Shown in pieces: positions 33,101 through 45,100 of a DNA stretch of 64,000 bases. The position numbers and the translations under genes were made by a program. Positions within the stretch are counted from its first letter, which is position 1. Every line of letters starts with the position of its first letter. Below the pieces are notes generated by a model. It ran no database searches and had not been told where the DNA came from. It was given only the letters and a program-made list of their open reading frames with translations. The DNA comes from Camelus dromedarius. Taxonomy: Eukaryota. The stretch spans positions 14,944,001-15,008,000 of the forward strand of contig NC_087437.1 in assembly GCF_036321535.1 (NCBI RefSeq), read 5' to 3'.

Positions 33101-36100
33101 GTGCTGTAAGTATGAAATATACACCAGGTCTTGAAGATTTGGAATGAAAAAAAGAATGTAAAATATAAATAATTTCTTGAGTTTTAAATTATATACTAAA
33201 AAATAATATTTTAAATCTAGTATTTTAGATACATTGGATTACATAATATATGTTTTAAAAATTTGACCTGTTTCTCTTTTAATATGACTATTAGAAAACT
33301 TAACATTACATATGAGACTTGCATGTTTCTATTGCATATGTAAAACACTCCTCCCTTCTTTCTTCTCCTACCCCCTTTATGTTTTACGTCTAGTCTCTCA
33401 TGACAGTAACATACTAGCGTTGTAGCTTATGAATTGTTTATAGTATGTGGTGTGGTGCTGATTATGAAATGTGGTAGTGGGTCCCAGCCTGAGGTCCCTA
33501 GACTCTTACCAGTATTTTTAAAAAAAAAAGGCTAATACATATTGTATATTTACCTATAAAAGACTGCTCAGACTAAGCGCCAGTTCATAATGTATCCAGC
33601 TGTAATTAAGTCAAATCTGTGCATAGTGCTGACCCCCTCCTGCTGAATAGCGATTGAGGCTGTCTGTGGAGAAGGTAGAGCATCTGAGAAGTGATGCATG
33701 AGTCTGATGCAGGTTCTAGGGCTATACCTGAGAGCCTTATCATTGAGCATAGTCACATCTGCATTGAACCTGAGTTCAAGAGTGAAGGCCTGGAAAGAAC
33801 AGCATGTAAGTGGGTGCTTAACAAGCCTGCTCAGTAGGGGGACAGCCCCACCCTGTTCGATGATTGTCCCTGGATCAAGAATTGACACAAAATATTAACA
33901 GAGTTGGAACAAATAAATGATTTCTCTAGTGGGCATACATTTTTAATTAACTTATGGTAGAAATATGAAGGAATGTTTTGTTTTTATAAAGGTTAGGGAT
34001 CTCTGTAGTGGTAACATGCAATGTGATGGAGTGTAGGTCCTTACATTACATTATTTAGTTTGTGAATATTTATTACTGATTTTGCTTTTATTCATACTGT
34101 TATATTTCCTCAGCCTCAGCCTCACATGAACTTCCCTAATTTCCCCAGACAGGGTCAGTTTCTCATGTACCCTTAGAACATTTATCAAAGTTGTAATTTT
34201 ACATTTACATGTAATTTTACATTGTGTTGATCTTTCTGATTATAAGCTCTGTTAGAGCAGGCACCACGTCAGATTTTGCTCATTGTTAAATCCCCAGAGC
34301 CTCCACTAATGATTTATAAATAGGAGATGCTCTGTGAACATTTGTTTGATTCATTAATTGGCAGTATTTTCTTTCTTAGTTGTACCTGAAATAGTAATAT
34401 GTCATTTATTTGATTCATTAGTTACAGTGACACTTTTGGTTCATTAATTAACTGGGTTACAGTTCTAATACCTGAGATCTGAAATGAATGATTTATGTTA
34501 CGGATGTGAATCAAGGTGAAACATGAATTTAATATTGTTGCTGCCATCCTTAGGGGACTAGCCTGACCTTGATTGACCTCCCTGGCCATGAGAGCTTGAG
34601 ACTTCAGTTCTTAGAGCGGTTTAAGGCTTCAGCCAGGTAAGTAGGAAGTGAAATGAGCTTGTCTGAACTTTGTACATAAAGGACACCTGTGTTGTTTTTC
34701 TCTGGTTTTGGGAGGCAACCTGGTGTCCTGGAGTGGAACGAGCATGGACCCTGGGGTCAGCCGTTTCTGGGTTGCAAGCCCACTTTCACTTGGATTATAT
34801 AAGATAATATTTCAAAGTGTTTCTCAGAGTGTTCAGAAAGCATTTATGCTTATTATCCTGTTGATAAATTTTTCATTTACTCTGAGGACAAATTTAATAA
34901 TGTGTAGAATTATTAAAACTGAATAAAGAATTTTAAAGCTAGATGGAATCCTAGAAGTTATTAAAATCCAACATTATATATTTCTATCCTTAGATTGTCT
35001 AAAATTGATGCCTGAAACATACAGAACAATATTTTCATATTTCTTTTAGTATCATCCTTGTGTTACTGACTCTTTCATTTCCTAAATTTCTCATGCTTCA
35101 GTTTAAGACACTTTATTCTTTTTTAGTCTCTAACACTAGTAAGAACTTGAGGGAAATCAAAATACCACATCTCATGGATTTTAAGACACATTTTAATATC
35201 TATTTGGAATGCTACTTACAGTTGACAGTGTTACAGTTTAATTGGCAGTATTTTCTTTCTTAGTTGTACCTGAAATAATAATACGTCTTTTATTTGATGG
35301 ACTCTTTGGTTTGATGGAATGAGCTAGTTTTTTCCTTCCTTATTTTTGAAGATATCTTGGCTTGTATTTTTTTGTTGCTTCCTTGCCCACAAGGTGGTGG
35401 TGATGAGCAATCTATCATAGATAAGACTGTTATTTGATTTAAAAAAAAAAAACCCAAACTTTATTTTTAGACAGTTTCAGGTTCACAGCAAAATTAAGCA
35501 GGAGATACAGAGATTTTCCATATAACCTCACCCCTACACAGGCCTAGCCTCCCCTGTTATCGGCATCCTCCACCGAAGTAGTACATTTGTTACGATCAGT
35601 GTACCTAAATTGACAGGTCATAAACACCCAGAGTTTACATTTTACGTGAGGATCCATTCCTGATGTGTGTTCTAGGAATTTGAGCAAATGTATAATGGTA
35701 TGTATTCACCCTTACAGTACCATACAGAGTAGTTGCGCTGCCCTAAAAATCCCCTGTCCTGTCAGTTCATCCCTCTCTCCCCTAACCCGACAACCACTCA
35801 TCTTTTTACCATCTCTATAGTTTTGCCTTTTCCAGAATGTCATATAGTTGGAAACATACAGTATGTAGCCTTTTCACGCTGCCTTCTTTCACTTAGTAAT
35901 GTGCATTTAGGTTTTTCCGGGTCTTTTCATTGCTTGATTCCTCATTTCTTTTTAGTGCTGAATGATGTTTCATTGTCTGGCTGTACCACAGTTCATTTAC
36001 CCATTCACCTACTGAAGGACATCTTGGTTGCTTCCAACTTTTGGCAGTTATGAATAAAGCTAGTTTTTGTGTGAACATAAAGTTTTGAGTAAATAGCAAG

Positions 36101-39100
36101 GAGCAGATATCACAGAATCATATAGTGAGAGTGTGTTTAATTTTGTGAGAAGTCACCAAACTGTCTTCCAAAGTGGCTGTACCACTTCGCATTCCCATCA
36201 GTGCTGAGTGACAGCTCCACTTGCTCTGCATCCTCCCCAGCGTTTAGTGTTGTCAGTGTTTTGGATTTTGGCTATTCTAATGGGTATGTAGTGGTATCTA
36301 ATTGTTTTATTTTGCATTTCCCTAATGACATATGACGTGGAACATCTTTTCTTATACTTATTTGCTATTTATAAGTTATTTAAATCTTGTCCAGTGAGGT
36401 GTCTGTAAAGATCTTTGACCCACTTTTTAAACTGAGTTGTTTTCTTACTGTTGAGTTTTAAGAGTTTTTACGTATTTTGGATAACAGTCTTTTATCAGAT
36501 ACATCTTTTGCAAATATTTTCTCCCAGTCTGTGGCTTGTTTTCTCATTCTCTTGATGTTGACTTTTGTAGAGCTGACATTTTTATCTTTATTGGAGTCCA
36601 GTTTATTGATTCTTTTCTTGGATTATGTTGTATCTAAAAAGTCATTGTCAAACTCAAGATGATCTAGGTTTTCTCCAGTGTTATTTCCTAGGAGTTTTAT
36701 AGTTCTGGTTTACATTTAGGTATGTGATTCATTTTAAGTTAATTTTTGTGAAAGATGTAAGTTCTGTATCTAGACTCTTTTTGGGTTTTTTTTTTTTTTT
36801 TTTTTTTTTTTTGCACTCTCCAGCACTATTTGTTGAAAAGACTGTATTTGTTCCTCTGTCAAAGATCACATGACTATTTATGAGGCTCTCTTTTTGGACT
36901 CTATTCTGTTATATTGATCTTTCACCAATATCATGTTGTCTTGATTACTATAGTTTGATAGTAAGTTGGTAATGTCAGTTCTCCAGCTTTGTTCTTCGGT
37001 ATCGTATTGGCTGTTCTGGGTCTTTTGCCTCTTCATATAAACTTCAGTATCCACAAAATAAGTTTGTGAGATTTTGATTGGAATTGCATCAAATCTATAG
37101 ATCAAGTTGGGAAGAACTGACCTCTTGATACTATCCAGCGTTCCTATCCATGGAAGTGGAGTATCTCTCCATTTTTCTAGTTCTACTTTGATTTTGTTGA
37201 TTAGAGTTTCATAGTTTAGTTTTCCTCATATAGATCGTATGATGTATTTATACCTGAGATTCCTTTTGGAGGCTGCTAATGTAAATGGCATTGTGTTTTT
37301 AATATCAAATTCCATTTGTTCATTCCTGATATTTGGGTAAGCGATTCATTTGTGTGTCAACCTTGTATCCTGCAATTCTGCTATACTTGCTTGTTAATTC
37401 CTGAGCTTTGTTGATTCTTTCAGATTTTCTACACAGACAGTCATTTCATGTGCTACAAAGACATTTTCATTTCTTCCTTCCTAGTCTGTATACCTCTCAC
37501 TCCTTTTCTCGTCCTAATGCATTAGCTTGGAATTCCAGTACGATGTTGCAAAAGCAGTGGTGAGATGGGACATCCTTGCTTGTCCTGGTCTTAACAGGAC
37601 AGCTTTGACTCTTAAGTGCTGTTGATTTTTCAGTTTGGTCAGTTTTTTACTTATTGTTAGAATGCAGTGGTGAATTCCAACTTCTTTCATGCTGGAATGG
37701 AAACTGAAGGTTGTGTGAGTTTTCATTCCTTAGATGATACAAATCCAGAAATGATAAATTTTCCCATAATTGGGTTTTAATTTCTAATTAAAAATTTTTT
37801 TCTTTTCCTGTTTTCATTTATAAAGTTTTTAAAAATAATTTTCAGTGTAATTACTCTTTGAATCAAGTATTTTGGGTAACTAAAACATTCAAAATATGAA
37901 GATACAAATGAACTTAAGTTATAATCACCATAAATGCAAATTCAAAAGTCATTTAAATAAAGTGGACCCTTGAACAACATGGGTTTGAACTGTGTGAGCC
38001 TACTTGTACACTTTAAATTATTTTTTTCCTTTTTTTCAAATTGAAGTATAGTCAGTTTACAATGTGTCAATTTCTGGCGTACAGCATAATGTTTCAGTCA
38101 TAGATATACATATATATTCCTTTTCATATTCTTTTTCATTATAGGTTACTGCAAAATATTGAATATAGTTGCCTGTGCTATATAATATAAACTTGTTGTA
38201 AACAGGATATTGTAGGCTCTTGTTTTGTTATCCAGTCTTCCATTCTGTGTCCTTTGATTAGTGCATTTAGTCCATTGACAATTACAGTAATTATTGGTAG
38301 AGGTGTGTTTATTGCCATTTTAAACTTTGTTTTCCAGTTGATTTTGTATTTCTTTTTTGTTGCTTCCTTTCTCTTTCTGTTTTTCCTTTTGTGCTTTAGT
38401 TCTTTTGTGTTAGTTTGGGGTTTTTTTGGTTTTGGTTTTTGTGACTCTGTTGTATACTTTTGATTTGTGGTTACCCTATTTTTCAAGTATGTTAACCCAA
38501 TACTACATCTCTTTGCTTCAGACTGGTAATGAGATAGGCTGAAACATACCTTAAGAAGAATGAAAGGAAAATGTACATTTTCTTGCTCCCCCTTCCCGTA
38601 ATTTATGATTTTTGTGTCCTCTTTTTACATCTTCGTGTTCATCCTCTTGCAGTTCATTGTAGTTATCACATTTCCAATTGTGATTTTTCCCTTTTCTATA
38701 GCTTCCTGCTTTTTTTCTATTTAGAGAAGACATTTTAATATTTCTTTTCGGATAGGTTTAATATTGCTGTATTCTTTTAGTTTTCGCTTGCCTGAAAAAT
38801 TCTCTATCTCTCCTTCTAAAGGATATTCTTGCTGATACTAGGTTGCAGATTTTCATCTTCAGAACTTTGAATATATCTTGCTTCTCCCTTCTGGCCAGCA
38901 ATGTTTGTGCAGAGAAATCAGCTGAAAGCCTTATGGGGGGGTTCCCTTATAACTAACTCTTTGTTTTTCTCTTGCTGCCTTTAGAATCTTTAACTTTGGC
39001 CATCTTAATTATAATATGCCCTAGTGTAGGTCTTTTTGGATTCTTCTTGTTGGGGACCTTCTGTGTTTCCTGTACTTGGATATCTGTTTCCTTCTTTAGG

Positions 39101-42100
39101 TTTGGAAAATTTTCAGTCATGATTTCTTCAAATACATTTTGATCCCCTTTTTTGTTTCTTCTCCTTCTGGGACCCCTGTTATGTGTAGATTGGCACCTTC
39201 TACTCCACCATCTTGGCCCAGCTCTCTTTCACTTGATATATACTACAGTACTACATGGTCTGTGGTTGGTTGGATCTGCCAGTGCCAGACCTTGGATACG
39301 GAGTGCTGACTGTGAAGTTACACACAGATTTTTGACTGTGTAGAGGGTCAGTGTCCTTAACCCCCACCTTGTTCAGGGGTCAGCTGTGTATTGATCTGTG
39401 ACTTCTTGGTTTTTAGCCTTACCTTCTGAGTTCATCAAGTTTCCTCAATCTCATTTTTACCCCCTCTACTGGTTTGTAATATGCTGTTTCTACTCTTTCC
39501 ATGGTTATCCTCTGCCCTCCCCCCTTCTTTTTAACATCGATTACTTAGCAGAAGTTTAAAATCAATAATAGCAATTTTCTTTAAATGAATCTTAAAATAC
39601 GTAGCTTTGATCTTCCTTCCATCTTCCTTTCATTTTATTTTTCTTTCCTCCTTTTTAACCCCCAACAGTAATATTTTTATCCTATATTTGTTGATTACCT
39701 CGAATCACCAGGATATATATAGATTTCTTTTTTCTCCATTACTTCTTGACTCTTAATCTTCCCTTTTGATTCAGTTTTCTTTTAATTTTCTTTTAGATAT
39801 GTTTCCAGAAATGCTGAACAAGACATAAGGTTTCTCATCTTTTGTTCATTTGAAAGTTTTTTCATTGGCCTTCATTTTTGAGTAACTTTTAGCTGAGTAT
39901 AAAATCCTGGTGGTAGTTATTTCTTTCATCACAGTGAAGGCTTACTCTTGGCTTCAGATATCTGTTGTTGTAGGTGAGAAAGCAGGTGTGCAGTCTAATT
40001 GTCATTTCATCTGTCTTTTTAACCTCTGTTCAGGGGTGATTTCTAAGTTTTATCATGCTTGGAATTCAAGTGTGCTGTTTCAGTTTAAAGAGTCACCTGT
40101 TCAGTTCTGGAAAATTCTCAACATTATCCTTTCAGCTAGTTCTGTTCCCACATTCTCAGTTTCACCTCCGGGAACTCTTTTTAAATCATGGAACCATATC
40201 ATTTCTGCCTTTCTTGCCTCTTCTCTATCGCATCTTCCAAGTCTTTTTACTGTGCATATAGTATGATGTTTTCATCTTTGTTTTGTAGTTTACTGTATGC
40301 TTTTCAACTGTGAGTATTCTCTGCTTAACTTTTCCATTGAGTTGTTACTAATTTTGTTTATTCTTTACTTCTAAAAACCTATCTTTTAAAATCAGCCTGT
40401 TTGTTTTTATGCTAACTTTATTCTTTTATTATGGTGTCTACTATTCTCTTAAATAGTTTAAAATATTTTATCAATTGCTTCATTATTTTTAGTTTTGGGT
40501 GCTAATTAATCTGTCTTTGTGGTTCTTCCTCATAATGGTTTATTTTCTGTGATTTGTAATTTTTGATCCAGACCCCTTATTCAAGGGAATTAGATTTTGT
40601 TGTTGATGTTGTGATTGCTGTTTTTTTTTTATTGATTTAGGATGTGAACGCCTCTCTCCAGAAGGGATTCATATTTCCTTCTATTGGGGGCCATAAGGGT
40701 TCATTGAGTCTGGCCCAATTTTTATATGACTCTTCCTGCTTGGGCATCTGACCCTGAGAAGGTGTAAATTCATACCCTGTATCTGTGTGTGACACAGGCG
40801 ACCCGGTGTTTCAGTTCTTCTTGGACGATTTTCCCACAGTGCTCTCCACTAGACTGCTTTTAAGTTCTAGGCTTTGCACAGAGTGTTTCATTTCCAGCTC
40901 TCCAACTGCATATTGGCCATTGCACATTCTCCTGGGCATTCCGACTGTCATCTCAAAGGCCTGTTACCTGCTGTTTTCCTGGACTGCTTTGCTTTAGCTT
41001 TGACGCGTCTTCATTTCTGGCACATGAGGATTCTCACTGTTTCTGCCTTGGGTTTGACCCTACCTGGTCACACGCTTTCTAATTTGATTATCCTTTTAGT
41101 TTTATCTGTCTTCCACTTAGGGACCAATATTCTTTGTAAGACAGAAAAGCATAAACTCTGTAGGTCAGTGTGTCACACCCCTTTGCTACCTGAGCTTACT
41201 TTGAGTTCTCTAGGGCATATTGTCCCACTACTTCGTATCCTAAATATATTACTTCCAGACAGTCTGTGCCGCAGTAATTTTTGTCTGGCTAAAATTCAGC
41301 CGACCTTTCAGTCTTCTTGACCAGATTTTATGTCAATGATCTTTTTGTTTGTTCCTGCTACAGCGGATGCATAGATCTGTCTAGTGTTTTATCACATGGT
41401 TTTGTGTATGACAACTTCCAGGACTTGAGGGGAAGCATCATTTCCTGTTGTCTTTTTAGATACAATCATTGATACATAGTAGTAGTCAGTAGCCCTTTGT
41501 TCAGTATTTGTGCTATGTGATTACTTGTGCACACATCTGCGTGTGAGTTTGTTTTGTGTTACTCATTAGGATTGAATTGGACAAAATTGAGAATGTCATT
41601 TTTCTTTTTCTTTCTTTGTTTCTTTTGGGGGAGGGTAATTAGGTTTGTTTGTTTGTTTGTTTAAATGGAGGTACTGGGGATTGAACCCAGGCTTCATACA
41701 TGCCAAGCACACTGCCACTGAGCTGTATACCCTCCTCCTGTTTCTCAGTATAATACTGCACTCTTGCATGCTCACTCTTTTTTTTCCCCCTTCAGGGCTA
41801 TCGTATTTGTTGTGGATAGTGCAACCTTCCAGCGAGAGGTGAAGGATGTGGCCGAGTTTTTGTATCAAGTCCTCCTTGACAGTATGGGTCTGAAGAACAC
41901 ACCATCATTTTTAATTGCTTGCAATAAGCAAGGTACCCTCATGTCTACTGGCAATAATAATTGATATATTTCTGGGATTGCTAGTTAGAATTAATACAAT
42001 TATCTACAATTGTTATTACTGAGGATGACAGACAATTGCTAATGAGCTACATAACATAAGGATTTTAAGCCTTAAAATTTATTTATACTCCTGTGTTTTC

Positions 42101-45100
42101 CTTAGTCTCATTACCAGGCTGTTCTCAGGAATGACAAAGGAGTGACGATTATCAATTGTTATTTGATACATGTTTTATTTTTTTTAATTATAAATCATTT
42201 TACTTTACCAAATTAAGTTCATCAGACTGACAGTACGTCTTATCAGATACACAGTTGTGGGAGGACTGGGTGGAGTCTCTCCTTTCAAATAAGTTTGCCA
42301 TTTAGCACATTTCATCTAGGGGAGTTTGCAGAAGTTGTTTTTCTTTAACCTCATAAGCATGAGAACCTTTTTAGTGTCACCCGGTAAAACTAGGTTTCAA
42401 CTTCACTACCTGTAAGATCAGGTTAGGAGTGATGTCAGCATCACGCGGCATGAGGCGTCTCCTTTGTCTCTCCCTCTTGTTCTGCAACTAGTAAAACATC
42501 CGTAACTGAACAGAGGTTCCCATGCCCAGCACACTGGGATGCTGGAGAGACCCACAAGTCTGTACATCTGAAGGTGGGCGGCCTGGACACGTAGAGGAGG
42601 CAGAAGACTCCACCAAAAACCTACTGGAAATAATAAATGAATACAGTCAAGTTGCAGGGTACAAAATCAGTATACAGAGATCTGTTGTGTTTCTGTACAC
42701 CAACAGCAAACTAGCAGAAAGAAATTAAGAAGACATTCTCATTTACAATTGAAGCAAAAAGAATAAAATTCCTAGGAATAAATTTAACCAAGGAAGTGAA
42801 AAACCTGTACACTGAAAACTGTAAAACATTGTTGAAAGAAATGGAAGACAAAGAAATGGAAAGATATTTTGTGCTCGTGGATTGGAAGAATTAGCATTAT
42901 TTTAACCATCTATGGATTCAGTGCAACAATCCCTATAAAAATCCCAATGACATTTTTCACAGAAATAGAACAAAAATTCCTAATATTTGTATGAAACCAT
43001 AAAAGGCTGCGAATAGCCAAAGCAATCTTGAGAAAAAAGAAGAAAGATAGAGGTATCATACTCCGATTTCAAATTATACTACAAAGCTATGGTACTCAAA
43101 ACAGCATGGTATTAGCAGAAAAACAGACATACAGATCAGTGGAACAGAATTGAAAGCCCAGAAATAAACCCACACATATATGGACAATTAATTGACAACA
43201 AAGGAGCAAAGAACATACAATGGAGAAAGAGCAATCTCTTCAGTAAGTAGTGTTGGGAAAACTGGACAACCATATATAAAAGAATGAAACTAGGCCTTTT
43301 CCTTACACCATAGCCCAAAATTAACTCAAAATGGATTAAAGACTTGAATATAAGACCTGAAACCGTAAGACTGCTAGAAGAAAACAGGGAGTTTTGGACT
43401 CTGACGTTGGTTTTAGCAGTATCTTTTTGGATCTGTCTCCTCAAGCAAGGCAAACAAAAACAAAAATGAGCAAGTGGGACCACATCAAACAGAAGCTCTG
43501 CCCAGCACGGGAAACCATCAACAAAACAAAAAGACTACCTACCAAATGGGAGAAGATATTTTCAATTCATACATCTGATAAGGAGTTAATACGCAAAATA
43601 TATAAAGAACTCACATAACTCGACAACAACAATAAAACCCAAACAACCTGATTTTAAAAAGGGCAGAAGATCTGAATAGATTTTTTTTCTGAAAAGGTAC
43701 AGATGGCCAGCAGGCACATGTGAAGATGTTCATCACTAGTGAAGAGGAACGTCATTAGTTACCAGGGAAATGCAAATCAAAACCACAGTGAGACATCACC
43801 TCACACCCATTAGAATGGCTGTTGTCAGAAGAATGAGAAATAACCAGTGTTGGGGAGGATGTGGAGAAAAGGGATCCCTTGTGCACTGCTGGTGGGAGTG
43901 TAAATTGGTGCAGCCACTATGGAGGACAGTATGGAGGTTCCTCAAAAAATTAAGAATAGAACTACCATGTGATCCAGCAATTCCACCATCTGAGTATTTA
44001 TCTAAAGATAATGAAAACACTAACTCAAAAAGATACCAGCACCCACTACTGTGTGGTGACGGGTGGAAACTAAACTTGGTGGTGAGCACGCTGTAGTGTA
44101 CACAGAAGTCAGATCATAACGTTGTACATGTGAAATTTATATAATGTTGTAAACCATGTTACCTCAATAATGAATGAAATAATCTCTCCTCTTTCCTAAA
44201 AAAAAAAAAATGAAAATAAGATAGACTATTTGATCTTCATAGGCCTCTTTCAGATCTAATATTCTCATTCTACGAAGAGCCTGGTGCATTTCTCAGAGGC
44301 AAGCTAGTAATAACTGTAACAGTGACTAGTCGGGAATCAGCCTTAGGATCATCCCCTGACCTCTTTATTTCTTCTGTTCAGTATAAGAAGAGGAAGTAAT
44401 GTTTATTTGGCTTCTGCTGGTGTTAAATCAGTGCTTGTTTATTACCAATGTGCACTTGACGCTGTAACATACCATCTTAGAGTCAGCTGGAAATGTGCTT
44501 AGTTTACTATTATATGACCGGTGTATATGACAGGTAGGGTATTTCTGTCGGACTGTGGGCTCTTGTTAAAAGTCAGAAAGCTGGTAGTTTTTCTTTTTGT
44601 TAAACTGGCTGGACTTATATATGTGGGTTGATATAAAAGGTCTATAAGATGTGGCAAACTTTAGTGAAGGAACTAATCAATTTTAGGGTCACTAAGTTAA
44701 TATATTTATAAGTATTATCATAATATAAATATTCAAATATAAAGCTTACTTTGATACAGGAAATACTAGTAATAAAAAACTTTTAAAAAAGTGGTGAGGC
44801 AGAGAAATTTACTGGTTTAAGTAGGAATTTTCCATATGTGCAAGAAATCTTGGGAAAAGACCCTTTCTGCTTTAAACTGCAAAAATGTCTTTATTTCTTT
44901 ACAGACATTACAATGGCAAAATCAGCAAAGTTAATTCAGCAGCAGCTTGAAAAAGAACTGTAAGTAAGAATAAGTCCTATTAGTTAATTGTGTATCTTCT
45001 TAATGTTTAGAAAATGTGAATAAATCACTTGGCATCTTTGGTTGTGTATGGTTATCACAGTTAGCCTGAAGATCAGTGTGAAACGTACTTGTTAAATAGC

